A stretch of DNA of 54,743 nucleotides, filler included, from Sphacelaria rigidula (Eukaryota): NCBI GenBank assembly GCA_964200075.2. It is 4 parts of 4 records of this genome, joined end to end, with 100 filler letters (N's around TTAATTAATTAA, not from the genome) between each part and the next. Parts side by side here need not be neighbours in the genome. Positions count along the whole stretch, not along the records: positions 13,719 to 27,327 come from CAXNAA020002765.1; positions 27,428 to 41,035 come from CAXNAA020002766.1; 2 more parts are not named here. One strand, written 5' to 3'. Of this stretch, positions 26,201-38,185 are shown in pieces; the stretch's first letter is position 1; each line of letters starts with the position of its first letter. The translations under genes were made by a program, and so were the position numbers. The notes under the pieces were generated by a model. The model saw nothing but the letters and a program-made list of their open reading frames with translations. It had not been told where the DNA came from and did not search any database.

Positions 26201-27097
26201 CGTCTCCGCCCATATATTTTTGTTCTCTCCTTGAAGTAAAAATGGGCGGATGAGACTCTGCCCTGGAATAGCGTAAAACTGCAGTCTGTATTTATTTCAT
26301 GTCGATACACCTCTTCTAGGGGGTCGACCTCCTGTCTATTTTTTTCGCGGGAGGTTGTTCCGTAGCGACTGGTGACTGTATGTGAAACGATCCACGTCTT
26401 AATCTTCTGATGCAGTACCCCTATCGTTCGCCACCAGTCGGTTGCACAGCACCCGCTGAGGTTTTCTCACGCTCTTCTATGAACCTTTTGCAATCCTCTC
26501 CGTTTCTCATGTTTCTTCGCTCGCGGTATTCTGTCTCATCGAAATTGCCACTCAAATTCCTATCGATGGTTTGGCCGGACACCCGATTCTGCTTGGGTAC
26601 TCGCCGGATTGGGTGTGACGCCATGTCGGATCGGACGCGGTGTGGGTGGGCGGCTGGATCGGATTTGATTTTTTAATTGGATGGGGCGCTGGATATCGAT
26701 GACATGGGGTGTCCAATGGCTGCACTGGGCTGGATGCGTCAATGGATCGGATTGCTCTCCGGACTGGATACCTTCCCGGTGAATCGCATTGGATGATGCT
26801 GGGCGGGATCGGATGGATTGGATAATGACGCTCCGGATCGAATGGCACAATGGCACGCGGGGTGTGATGGGATGGATGGCTGGCTGCATGCAAATTGTAC
26901 GGTTCATGGAATGGGATTTTGGATAATGATGCGTCGGACTGTCGCTCTTCGTGGCTGGGCTGCTGCGACGACAGTTTCGGTTATGGGTGGAGCGCAACCC
27001 GATGGTGACTCAATTTTTGCAGTCGGTGTTCCCGTACGACGAGCATCGCGAATGGGGTGATGACCGGAAGCATCTGCCCTTCATTCATAACCGCGAG
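17162..27097 (+). CDS. N-myristoylated EF-hand protein, CDPK7-like N-terminal half; 3'-incomplete
   Basis: Exons 17162-17222, 21981-22106, 22400-22503, 22946-24253, 25602-25652 and 26975-27097 splice in frame (phases 1,1,0,0,0). MGQHNS fits MGxxxS. IDKETFLQYFPLPGLLGERLFAVFD...CRGSWEEK resembles the apicomplexan CDPK7 N-terminus as recalled. EF loops: DKKCSGEIDYEE, DVHQQGAVNRDE, DLNHNGKLSFNE. The PH and kinase exons are not in the window. Confidence 0.8.
19652..19770 (-). mobile_element. Non-LTR retroelement/SINE 3' end with (AAC)n tail
   Basis: Same core as 46195-46328 and 53619-54670 (GTCTTCACAT...CCGTTCCGATAT...GCATCTGAYGCGGACGC...ACAGGCTA). Confidence 0.6.
21346..21734. mobile_element. 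MITE with short terminal inverted repeats (TIRs)
   Basis: CTAGACTTGG...CCAAGTCTAG termini (TA at both ends), internal inverted arms; the interior is similar to about 4438-4565. Confidence 0.5.
21981..22106 (+). CDS. EF-hand/CDPK7-like exon 2
   Basis: CACAG|TT GAC to GGA G|GTGAGG. Confidence 0.85.
22400..22503 (+). CDS. EF-hand/CDPK7-like exon 3
   Basis: AAAG|AG CGA to AAG|GTACGC; contains an EF-hand. Confidence 0.85.
22946..24253 (+). CDS. EF-hand/CDPK7-like exon 4 (EF-hand plus about 400-aa G/S/A-rich insert)
   Basis: CTAG|GTG to CAG|GTACGG; 436 open codons. Confidence 0.85.
24857..25312. repeat. Four copies of an about 40-bp TIR-like motif (3 direct, 1 inverted)
   Basis: AATGGTCAAA(C/G)GACTAA(G/A)GCAAGCAACAAATGAGTA at 24857, 25111 and 25172, and its reverse complement at about 25275-25312. 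Confidence 0.75.
25602..25652 (+). CDS. EF-hand/CDPK7-like exon 5
   Basis: TTTCAG|GCG to GAG|GTGCGT; encodes AFEDCDLNHNGKLSFNE. Confidence 0.85.
26975..27097 (+). CDS. EF-hand/CDPK7-like exon 6
   Basis: ACAG|TTT to GAG|GTGAGG; FRLWVERNP... completes the EF-hand helix. Confidence 0.8.
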
Positions 27098-27327
27098 GTG
27101 AGGAGTGAGGAACAAGCGTGTAGAACATGCAGAGGTTGGTTTATCGGTGTTGCCCGTTTTCTCCGTTGTCGTGTGCTATTTGGGGATGTTGTCCCAGGTC
27201 GAGGAAGGCCGACTATCTGTTTTTGTGTGTTCGAACGGCGGGGGGGGGGGGGGGGGGGGTTGATTGATGGGTTGATTGGTTATGTGATTGGCGCACTTTA
27301 ACTAACCCCCCGGGGCTTCAACCGTGG

Positions 27328-27427
27328 NNNNNNNNNNNNNNNNNNNNNNNNNNNNNNNNNNNNNNNNNNNNTTAATTAATTAANNNNNNNNNNNNNNNNN
27401 NNNNNNNNNNNNNNNNNNNNNNNNNNN
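27328..27427. other. Artificial contig spacer
   Basis: N44-TTAATTAATTAA-N44. Confidence 0.95.
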
Positions 27428-27761
27428 TTGGGATGATGTTTATCTGACTTCAACAACGGCATTCATAACCGATGACCCCCATTTGTGGAACCCACTTCTT
27501 TCGTCTTCCGCTAGACGCAATGCCTTCAGCAGTCATGCCAACAGTTGCATCAACCGTAGTGTTTAAGGCCACAGCATGCGCGACTGTGACAGTCCATGCA
27601 TCAATGCCTTAGATCTCATGAACCCTGAATTGCAGGACAATGAACCCGCGTGGCGCCGATGGCGAAAACGCAAAATTCTCGCGACAACAAACGTTCCGCT
27701 GATAGATACCAGCGGACGGGGCCGACACAAAGTTCTAATCCCAACACCAGAAACCCTGGTA

Positions 27762-28013
27762 CGACACTTTCTACGATAGCCCCCCCAAAAAACCAGCCCA
27801 AAAGTGTCACGAAAAACATTTACCATACAGCGCCTGATGTTTTGTTTCAGGCTGCATGAAGCGCCCCATATTGGTGACATTGGCTAGAACGAACCCAAGT
27901 GTGGGAATTCCCAGCTGCTCCTTGTGTTCGGCTTTTCCCATTTCGATTTACGTGAGGATTTTGCCTCCCAGAACCATGCACTTTTGGGGGGGCGGCTATC
28001 GTAGAAAGTGTCG
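27762..28013. mobile_element. Tc1/mariner-type MITE inserted in Gypsy A1
   Basis: TIR CGACACTTTCTACGATAGCC/GGCTATCGTAGAAAGTGTCG with TA duplication; the empty site CTGGTACCTT is present in copy A2 at about 36988. Confidence 0.85.
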
Positions 28014-31000
28014 TACCTTTACTTCGGATCGCTTAGATCCATGACGTGCCGACGCCGGCGTTCTTCGGTCTTCCACGCCGTCGATAGCACGAGCGAAGAC
28101 TTTTTCAACACAGCCCGCGGAGTCCGTGTCAAAAATTGCTGACTCGACTGCCCCGGCACTATCCAGGAGCGTAACTGACGGCCGTTCATATCGACCCCCG
28201 TCTCAAACCTCCACACAATTTTCAACACAGCCCACAGAGCCCGCGACTAAGATTTTCCGCCTGGCTCTCCCGGCAATATGCAGGAGTGCATCTGACGGCC
28301 GTTCAAATCGACCACCGTCTTCATCCCTCCACACACCGCGTAACAGTTGTGTCACCCCGCGACTCAGATCAACACCCGGCACTGAACTTGGTCCTTCAGT
28401 ACCGAGTATAAGTCTGAGGTGTGGGAAGACCATCCGCCAGTCCCTGAGGCAAAGGCTTCCTTTCCCCCAGCGACCGCACGCACAGGTAGCAGCAAGCCTT
28501 TTTCAGCTGACCCAAGTGTTGCTGATTTGAACCTGACCACATCGGATCCTGTAATTCCCAATCAGTTCGATCGGGCTCCTTCCCCGCGATTTCCAAGACG
28601 CACGGACCTACCTTCGGCCGGTTTTATTAACAGCCGCCCAAACATATCTTCGGCTATGCCCCAACAGCCAAACTTGCCTACGGAAAGCAGCCCACACGTT
28701 TCGCTCCGTCATGCCCCGATGCTGACCCCATCCACGCAACTGGACGCAGTTGTGGTTTCATCCCCAAATGTTTTGGAAGTTCCCCGACCTTTGTCACGGC
28801 GAAAGAAAAAGCCCCATAAGCATGCCCCCAAGGACGCGCGCGCATCATTACGTACACCTCTTTCGAGCGGAAATCCTCGACCTCAATCTCTCCAAAATGC
28901 GACGACTTTAAGCTCGACGGCTCTATCAAGTATCCCGGCAGAAACAAATTCACATGATTCTGACGGCACTACTTCTTCAATCGACGACTCCAGCCCCGCA
29001 CATCCTGGATCCCCCTTTGACGGTGATCCCTGTCAACCAAAGACGATCATGTATGAAATCGCCAATGACCGTGCCACACCTGGAAATAATATACCGTCCA
29101 CCCCCTTCTCTGGTGAGACATCTGACCTACCGGCGGATCATCCGCCGTGCGTTTTTTCCGTCAGCCCCGCTGATCCTGGCCAGTTTACCTTGCCGGAACA
29201 CGGTCCGGATCTTATCGGCGGCAAAGTGTCTGTCGATCCGGCCACATTCACTACTCGCGTTGCGATCCACGCCGGTCCAAACGCTATCACGTCTACGAAA
29301 TGCGTATCCTTGTTGGAGAGCGGCAGCCCGCAAACGTTTATTCGCGAATCAACATGGAAACACATGAAACAGACTGGCGCTGCTACTGCAGCTTGCGAAA
29401 CCACCACCAAACCTCGCGTGTGGGGCGGTTTCGGTGACGCGGCCACACCACTGACGACTCGTAAATCCGTACGTCTCAGTGTGCAATTCTTTCATAACAC
29501 CACTCGATCGACCAGCCTGGCAGTCTGGGCATACGTTGTCCCCGACAGCACCATGCATCACGCCATATTATTGGGCAGAGATAGCTATATGCGGTTGATT
29601 AAACGCACCTACCGCACACTTCCACCACTGACGTCACAATCCCCACCGCGTGGAGAATCCAACCTTGAGCACTTCGGTGCTCTCCACGGCGCCCTGGCTT
29701 ATCAGAAGAATCCTCAAGCAACCGGAGCTGCTTACCACCTACGATATAACGGTAGCGTGGGTATAACACTCTCCGACGACCCCCAACTTCTCGAAGTTGC
29801 ACTAGTTCGCCGAAATGGCATGCCAGCACTTACGGGCCATTATTTTGCCAAAATGTTACCCCGTATTGGCGCACCAGCCGACACAGAACATTTTGTGTCG
29901 GCGGGACAACAACTCCTTCCTCTTGCGGGACATGCTAACTTGGAACCCGGCGATGTTTTAGGAATCGCCGCTGCTCCCCTCCCCTCGAGACGTGCGTCAC
30001 AGAGCCTGCCGCACCAAATACCACATCTCCGGCGGAGTCAGTACAATGTGTCGATGAACCTTATTTCGATCTCGCCTCTGCTACTCCACTCCAGGTCCAC
30101 GCCGTGGATCCTGCCCAGTCAAATTCCGATCCTCCTGCTGAAGTGCTTCAACGCTCATCACCAGATTCTCGGAATAGCTTCTTGCACATGTGGGACCAAC
30201 TGCCGCCATACATGCGCGACATCAATTTTGACCTTCATGGACCCGGCTGGGAACCGGCAGTCATCCAAGAACTCAGTGATGTCCTGCTGTAGTATCAAGA
30301 CCGATTTTCCCGATCCAAGACGGATCTTGGGCATTGCAAAACACTGCTCTTTGAGGTCACCCTCCAACCCGGCGTCTCGCCGATCTTTTCTCGGGCATAC
30401 CGTACCAACCCAAACCTTACCAAGAAAGTTAACGCCATCTTGGATGCGTATTTGGGAGCGGGACTAATCCAACATTCCTCCTTTCCTGGGGCCTCGCCAC
30501 TTGTGGTCGTCCCCAAAAAGGATGGAAACATACGCATCACCGTGAATTATCAACGGTTGAACCGCGTCACTGTCATCGGTAAGCTTCCAATTCCCCGCAT
30601 TGATGAAGTCTTCGACTCCTTAGGCGAAGGCAAAATATTCAGCACCTGCGACCTCGCTTCTGTATTTATTCAGAACGCTACACACCCTGACACAGTCCCA
30701 CTGACGGCTTTTTGCACCTCGTCCGGACTCTATGAGTGGCTCCGCATGCCACAAGGCGCCGTCACTGCTCCGGGATGCTTTCAACGCTTAGTGCAACGCG
30801 TCACCGAGGGCCTCGAGCACATTTTGATGTACTTGGATGACGCCATCGCTTTCGATGCCTCACCTTTTGCACATATACGCACTCTACGAGAATTTCCCTC
30901 TCGCCTACGTACGCACGATTTGAAACTCTCTCCATCCAAAGCTCGCCTTGGCGCGACTGACTTGGATTTCTTGGGGCATTCCATTTCGCCAGCAGGCCTG

Positions 31001-31803
31001 CATCCGGATACAAACAAATTCAAGGCGATGACTGATTTGCCGATGCCAACTAACATTTCTCAACTCCGCTCATTGTTGGATTGGCTGTCCTACTATCGCA
31101 AATTCTTACCGAATTTATCGAAACGGATTCGCCCCCTTAGTGAGCTACTCAAAAAAGGAGCCGTGTTTTGTTTCACCACCGAAATGGAGAATATCACCCG
31201 CGAATCACTTAAGACGCTTACCGAAAAGCCCGTACTTTGCTTTCCTGATTGGGAGGGAGTACAAGATGGCTCCCGCCTTTTCCAACTCCATACTGACGCC
31301 AGCACAAATGGGTGTGAAGGAGTTTTGAACCAACCCCAGGTTGATGGCTCTGTCCGACCCATCCTTTATATCATCCGCGCTACCCTGCCCAACGAGGCCA
31401 ATTGGAGCCCGCTAGAACTGGAAGGCGGAGTAATCACTTGGGCCATTAAGCGCCTTCGACAATATTCGTTTCACGTGCCCTTCGAGATTTATACGGATCA
31501 CGGGGCACTTGAACAACTCGCCAAGGTTGGTGAAGACAACCCTGGTGTACAACGATGGTTGGAATTTCTAACAGCATACCAGTATACCATTAAGCACCTT
31601 CCAGGCAAAACCAACGGGAACGCGGATCTTCTTTCCCGCCTGCCTCTGCCGCCTACGGCCGCAGATTCCAGCCCGGCTTGCCCTTTAACGGAACCCGATG
31701 AACCCGGAATTTACGCGATCAGACGTTTTTCAACGCCCGTTTACGCCCTCGACCTCCAGTGCCCGGAAACCGGTATGAATGTGGGAGGACCTCGCCCTCA
31801 ACC

Positions 31804-32062
31804 GAGTGATGCTGTGATAGGGTCAGCACTTTTACGGCCTGAGAGTAGAATTGTTAGGAACCCTTTATCTCATCCAAAACACGACTTTCGAAATAAGTGA
31901 GAGTACGCCAGGGTTTTTCTTCCAATTTGCTAGGGATATCCCGAATGAATTTGCAAACGGGGATATCCTGACCCATATTGTTGTGTAGTTCCTAATTTTT
32001 AGGAACCCCTGAATCAGGCCGGTTTTGGCCTCAAAAGTGCAGACTCTATCGCAGCATCACTC
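31804..32062. mobile_element. MITE with about 36-bp TIRs (GAG...CTC ends) inserted in pol
   Basis: GAGTGATGCTGTGATAGGGTCAGCACTTTT versus reverse complement GAGTGATGCTGCGATAGAGTCTGCACTTTT; flanks AACC/TACC; removal restores the frame PRPQPYDAVLGGL. Confidence 0.8.
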
Positions 32063-32679
32063 TACCATATGACGCCGTCTTGGGTGGGTTAAAGCCTACT
32101 ACCTCCGATTTTGTCGACTTTCGCACTTTCGGTGCTCGCGCGAAACTCTTCGCGGAGACACCTCCAGTCACCCACCTTATCTCCGACAACACACGCTCCC
32201 CGTCTGCCGGCCGCACCACACCGAGTGCCCCGCCGCCACCAACAACACTTTCAACCTCTATGAGCCACCCAGCATAAGTTCCACGGACCAACACGCAAAG
32301 CTCCGCAAAATCTTCTGCACGGTGCGCCACGCGCCGCGAAAAATCTTCGCCGCGCACTGATGCAACCCCGCCGCGCTATAATGGCACCGCACACATCTCC
32401 TGCCCCCGAGCACAGATCTGACGCCTCGTCTCCTGCTCCCGAGACAGATATTGACGTCGGCATTTCTGCTCCGCCGCGTATTCCCCCGCCGCCTGTCCTA
32501 CCATGCTTGGTCGGCTCGCCAGCGGAAGGTCAACTACGCGAGTTTCTCGCCAGCTACTCCCACCGTGATTGGGCTCGTGAACAAAACGCAGAACCGCTAT
32601 GTCGCGCAGCCATCAGGTACTTACAGCTTGACTGTCCAGTCCCTTTTCCGTCCACACTTCTGGCCCCGGTTGGGACACT

Positions 32680-33126
32680 TGTCATAAAGAGGGAGTAACT
32701 AATGCACTGGCTGGGGTCTCTCAGTATGAGTGCCAGGAGATACCATGGTGCCAACCCACCAAGTTCCCACGTGGGCAAACTCACACAGACCTAGCTATCC
32801 TTCTTTGACTGTCACAAAGTAGATTCATTCATGTTCAGACTCTTGATAAGGAACTCACGTGTTTGCTTAGCATCATGTTTTATCTACAAGCCTCTCTTAC
32901 TCAGGACAACCGCAGGGCAGCCATAGGAGCAGATCGTAGTGATGGCCCGGGGTAGAGACTAAGGCAAGCCGGTAACTGATTAGATGGGGCGCCGCGGCCT
33001 GGAGCCGCGGCTGAACAACCCTAACTTATGACAGTAGCAAACGCGATAACAACGCGTCACGGAATCCAGGGCCTACGAGCAGACCCGCAGAGAGTATATC
33101 TTGCAACACCTCTGAGCTTCATCACA
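32680..33126. mobile_element. Solo LTR of an unrelated family inserted in pol
   Basis: TGTCAT...ATCACA termini and 4-bp TSD CACT; removal restores VGTLPPPVISDVYELVRKG. Confidence 0.75.
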
Positions 33127-35725
33127 CACTGCCACCGCCAGTTATTTCTGACGTATACGAGCTCGTGCGTAAAGGCACCCTTTTTACTACGGATAAAGGC
33201 GTGCAACTACTCGTACGTCGGCCCACGCCCTTGACAGGCGCAATTGCCGCCTCAACTACGGGACGCACCGCTCGACTACTCAATGATGAACCAACGCGCA
33301 TATATGTGCCATTATGAATGCGCTCCTGGGTCATGAAAGGCTGCCATACCGACTTGTCATGCCACCTTGGCGTCACCCGCACCCTCGCGCTCTTGGAATG
33401 CTTCTACTGGTGGGTGGGCATGGAAATTTCAATCCGCTTCTGGATTCGGCGATGCTTTAAATGCCAAGTCCGAAAAACTTCACGACAGACAGTACGCTGG
33501 CCCGTGATCTCTATGGGACTCCCCGACGAGCTCGGCCACCTTGTGTCCTTTGACTACTTCGGCCCTCTCCCGACCACAGGTCGCGGCAACACCTATATCT
33601 TACTCTTCACTGACCGCTTTAGCCGCCACGCGTCCATGTGCGCGGTAACCGCCGCAGATTTCACTGCAGCCGGAACGGCCGACATCCTGGCCCATGATTA
33701 CATTAAGCACTATGGCTGCCCGAAGCGACTATTTTCAGACAATGGTCAGCAATTTTGTTCAGACCTCTCGGATGAGCTTTACAAGCTCCTGGGCATCCGC
33801 AAAATTGCCACGAGTGCCTACCACCCGAACGGTAACGGTGATCTCGAAAGAGTTTATCACACCATGGCCAAGATGCTCTCTATGGTTGTCAATGACCGCC
33901 AAAATGACTGGGACCTACATCTCTCGCACATCATGTTGTCCTACAACAACTCGGTTAATGCCGCCACAGGCCTTTCTCCGAACGAGCTCCATCTTGGACG
34001 CTATCCTCGGCTGCCTATCACCGTGTTCGAGCGACACACGTTCGACGGTTACCAAGGATTGGATTAGGATCAGATATCCTACAACGAGCTCGCACATGCA
34101 CGACAACGCAAAGCGTTCACCCTCGTGCGCGAAAAACATGCTATCAATGCCTCGCGCCTGGAGAGATCTAACACTGCTCCCTACAACCTCATGCACAAAC
34201 GACCTAACTGGAAAGTTGGTGATTGGGTTTGGATCTACAACAGCTTGTCGACCATCCACCACGGTACCAGCAAGGGAGCCAACGAAACAATTTTGAAGAC
34301 AAAATTGTCCCTCAATTGGACAGGACCAGTCAAGATCCTGACAGTCAGACCATCGTCATCATCACCGGATGGAAAACCCGTTGGTGACAAACTGCTCTAT
34401 CTCGACTTGCCTCACGACTTCCAGGGCAAAGACACTAAGCCCCGCGTCTCTGTGCACAGATGCAAACCCTGCACGAACCCACATGATACAAGCGACATTC
34501 CCAAGTACCTGCCGGCAGGACTCACACAGTATGTTCTCAACAGCTACTCGACCAAGTCCCCGCCCTACCACGTTACAACCGACGACGTGATCGAACAGCT
34601 CCTTCGGTTGGCTGTGTCCTCCATTTCCGGCCACCAGATAACCCGCGGTTGCGGAGGCAAGATCGCTGTCATGTATAAGACACACTGGCACGGTCTTCGG
34701 AGAGCGCCTTGGGAACGCGAATCCGACCTGCAATTGCACCGCCGTGCAACCCTCCTTTACTGGACGTAATTCCAACATCAGCATCTTGCTCACAATAAGA
34801 AATATCGCAACATGCACCGTGGCGCAGCAGCCCGCGAACTTCACCGCAATCAGGGACTACGCTTTGTCGCCGATGGTTATGAACTTGTACCCTCCGAAGA
34901 CTTGTAAGACGAAGGTCTTCGCGAACCAGCGACTCCTACCATAAGGCAGCTACCTTTGGTTCAAAGGCAGCGACAACCTCTGGTGGTTAGGTCAGACCCA
35001 CTCCGCTAACCTGGTTTCCGCCGACACATATATCGTGCGCTTCATCGATGACCCTGGACCCATACAGCTCAAGCTCCGGCCAGCGCTATACACCACTAGC
35101 CCATCTGCACCACGCGGATCCTGGTGTCTCCAACGCCTCAAGTCCAAAGGACTTCGCCGCGGTCTCCAGCGCAACATCGACCACACCCACGACGTGCACG
35201 CCCCGCTTTGAACCACGCTTCTTTGTCGCGACTGTTGTCCCACCCCCATTTTTTCCTGTAAGCATTGTGTGCCCCCCCCTTCTCCACCAGGATCCTCTTC
35301 TACTACGCCACAATAGCGCGACCTACATCGGACAACGATCAAGAACTACTGACACGACCGCTACCTACGACTACTGGAGCCATAGTATCCCCTTCATCTG
35401 GCGCTCGATCTCGTTGGATCACCGATTCTCAGCTTTTCGATCTTGCAGCTTTTAGCACTTTTAGGATTCCCCCAGGTTGAAGCTCTGCTCCCTGTTGTAC
35501 CTTGGCTTCCCCCAAGTCAGAGCTCTGCTCCCTGTTGTACCTCCCTGTTTCCCTCCTTAACTTTTGCTAAGACGCCGAAGCAATTTGTGCTTCTTCATTA
35601 ATCGCTAGCACGCCGAAGCAGTTTGTGCTTCCGCGTTTCGGAGCAGTTTCTCCTGCTCCTCGAAGCAGTCTATGCTTCCCTTCTTTTGAGGTGTGGGAGT
35701 GGGTACAGGATTGTTGGTACGGGAG

Positions 35726-36290
35726 TGTTAGGTACGGGAGTGTTCCTTTAGGTATGCTTTATTAGCCGCTCATGACTTGACGAGTAAAGAAAAACCTTAG
35801 TTTTCGCTGCTTTGAGGATAAATCCTCGCAGCTGTAATAACGGTTCGTCTGGGTGGGGTAGTGTCATGAAAATATTGGGAATCCCAGTAGACAAGATTGC
35901 AGGTCTGTTCAGAGTTGGTCGGGTTCGGATGTGAGCTTGTATATTTGTAAAAGATGGCGAGATATACCGGCTGGGACCGATATACTTTGCCCATCCTCAA
36001 GCACTATCAACTGCTCCTCTATTTGCCCTCCAGCAAAAGAAGTCTAACTATCGGTGAGACGCATTGGGTTGAATTGGACTGATTGAGTGGGTACTGGAGT
36101 TAGAACAAGATAAGCCAGAGAGAAGTGAAGAACCTATTCGCGTGAACCTCGTCTGATATTTGGATGCTGAGCAGATCACACGGTATCTACAAGTTGTAGC
36201 AGCGTGACGGTTGTACACTTGTCTGCCAAGCTTGTGCCTTGGGTTGCAAGCTGTGTCCTTGCATTATACTGCCGCTAGCTCTTGTTTACA
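35726..36290 (+). repeat. LTR shared by Gypsy copies A1 and A2
   Basis: TG...CA ends, preceded by G-rich GGTACGGGAG and followed directly by a PBS. The 5' boundary could instead be 35741. Confidence 0.7.
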
Positions 36291-38185
36291 TTGGCGTCGA
36301 CGGTAGGACACCAGGAGAGTAATCTAACACCTGCCATACGTGGCAAACCGTCAACGTCTGTGCGTTCACAACCTACGGTTGTGTCCTCCGCTCATGCCCA
36401 AGGGGCTCGCGGCAGGAATTGGAGTTCGTCTCGCGCTTCCTGGACCCCCGACTCAGTCGCCGGTTCAGTAATGCATGTTGAGAGTACCAGAGATGCATTC
36501 AGCGCGAGTTTTGACGGTTGGCCGTTTTCCGAGGAAACTTGGGATGATATTTATTTGACTTCAACAACGGCATTCATAACCGATGACCCCCATTGTGGAA
36601 CCCACTTCTTTCGTCTTCCGCTAGACGCAATGCCTTCAGCAGTCATGCCAACAGTTGCATCAACTGTAGTGTTCAAGGCCACAGCATGCGCGACTGTGAC
36701 AGTCCATGCATCAATGCCTTTGATCTCATAAACCTTGATTTGCAGGACAATGAACCCGCGTGGCGCCGATGGCAAAAACTCATGCGCGATTATCGTCCAC
36801 CAACTCGAAATTACCGCAGCAATTCGAACCAACGTGGCAACAAAAGCTCTAATCGCGGTCGCCGACACAACAACAATCACGGAAACCCTCGCCAGAACGA
36901 TCAAAATTCTCGCGACAACAAAACGTTCCGCTGATAGACACCAGCGGACGGGACCGACACAAACTTCTAATCCCAACACCAGAAACCCTGGTACCTTCAC
37001 TCCGGATCGCTTAGATCCATGACGTGCCGACGCCGGCGTTCTTCGGTAATCCACGCCGTCGATAGCACAGGCGAACGCTTTTCCAACACAGCCCGCGGAG
37101 TCCGTGTCGAAAATTGCTGACTCGACTGCCTCGGCACTATCCAGGAGCGTAACTGACGGCCGTTCATATCGACCCCCGTCTCGAACCTCCACACAATTTT
37201 CAACACAGCCCACAGAGCCCGCGACCAAGTTTTTCCGCCCGGCTCTCCCGGCACTATGTAGGAGTGCATCTGACGGCCGTTCAAACCGACCCCCGTCTTC
37301 ATCCCTCCACACACCGCGTAACAGTTGTGTCACCCCGCGACTCAGGTCTACACCCGGCACTGAACTTGGTCCTTCAGTGCCGAGTATAAGTCTGAGGTGT
37401 AGGAAGACCAACCGCCAGTCCCTGAGGCAAATGCTTCCCTCAGCGACCGCACGCACAGGTAGCAGCAAGCCTTTTTCAGCTGACCCAAGTGTTGCTGATT
37501 TGAACCTGACCACATCGGATCATGTAATTACCAATCAGTTCGATCGGGCTCCTTCCCCGCGCTTTTTAAAACGCACGGACCTACCTTCGGCCGGTTTTAT
37601 TAACAACCGCCCCAACATATCTTCGGCTATGCCCCAACAGCCAAACTTGCCTACGGAAAGCAGCCCACAAGTTTCGCTCCGTCATGCCCCGATGCTGACC
37701 CCATCCACGCAACTGGACGCAGTTGTGGTATCATCCCCAAATGTTTTGGAAGTTTCCCGACCTTTGTCACGGAGAAAGAGAAAGCCCCGTAAGCATGCCC
37801 CCAAGGACGCGCGCGCATCATTACGTACATCTCTTTTGAGCGGAAATCCTCGACCTCAATATCTCCAAAATGCGACAACTTTGAGCTCGATGGCTCTATC
37901 AAGCATCCCGAAAGAAACAAAATCACATGACTTTGACGGCACTACTTCTTCAATCGACGACTCCAGTCACGCAAATCCTGGATCCCCCTTTGACGGTGAT
38001 CCTTGTCAACCAAAGACGATAATTTACGACATCGCCCACGACCGTACCACACCTGGAAATAATATACCGTCCACCCCCTTCTCCGGTGAGACATCTGACC
38101 CACCGGCGGATCATCCACCGTGCGTTTTTGCCGTCAGCCCCGCTGATCCTGACCAGTTTACCTTGCCGGAACACGATCCGGATCT
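36291..38185 (+). mobile_element. Gypsy copy A2 internal region (truncated gag with CCHC knuckle, pre-protease region)
   Basis: 36539-38185 is colinear and highly similar to 27428-29212; CINCSVQGHSMRDC fits CX2CX4HX4C; interrupted at 38186. Confidence 0.88.
36292..36308 (+). promoter_or_regulatory. Primer binding site, probably tRNA-Ser
   Basis: TGGCGTCGACGGTAGGA lies one base after the LTR CA; its reverse complement TCCTACCGTCGACGCCA resembles eukaryotic tRNA-Ser 3' ends. Confidence 0.75.

Larger units (their letters stand above)
28419..35211 (+). pseudogene. pol: Gypsy pol (PR-RT-RH-IN-chromo) pseudogene
   Basis: ORF fragments 28419-30467, 30440-31900, 32080-32277, 32360-32698, 33318-34067 and 34125-34769, and a C-terminal piece ending about 35211. 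Confidence 0.88.
27428..36290 (+). mobile_element. Decayed Ty3/Gypsy (chromovirus-like) LTR retrotransposon, copy A1
   Basis: Order is gag end, protease (LLESGS), RT (YLDD, 30440 ORF), RNase H (LHTDAS, YTDH), integrase (HHCC, FDYFGP, FSDNG, NGDLER), GPY/F-like (WTGP), chromodomain, 3' LTR. Many stops and frameshifts; the 5' end is cut by the spacer. Confidence 0.92.

Noticed and set aside
32680..33033. TGTCATAA...TTATGACA as the solo-LTR boundaries
   Set aside because: No TSD, and the pol frame is not restored; the 33126 end gives both.
36551..37513. 320-aa antisense ORF in Gypsy A2
   Set aside because: Broken in copy A1, no motifs; probably a shadow ORF.
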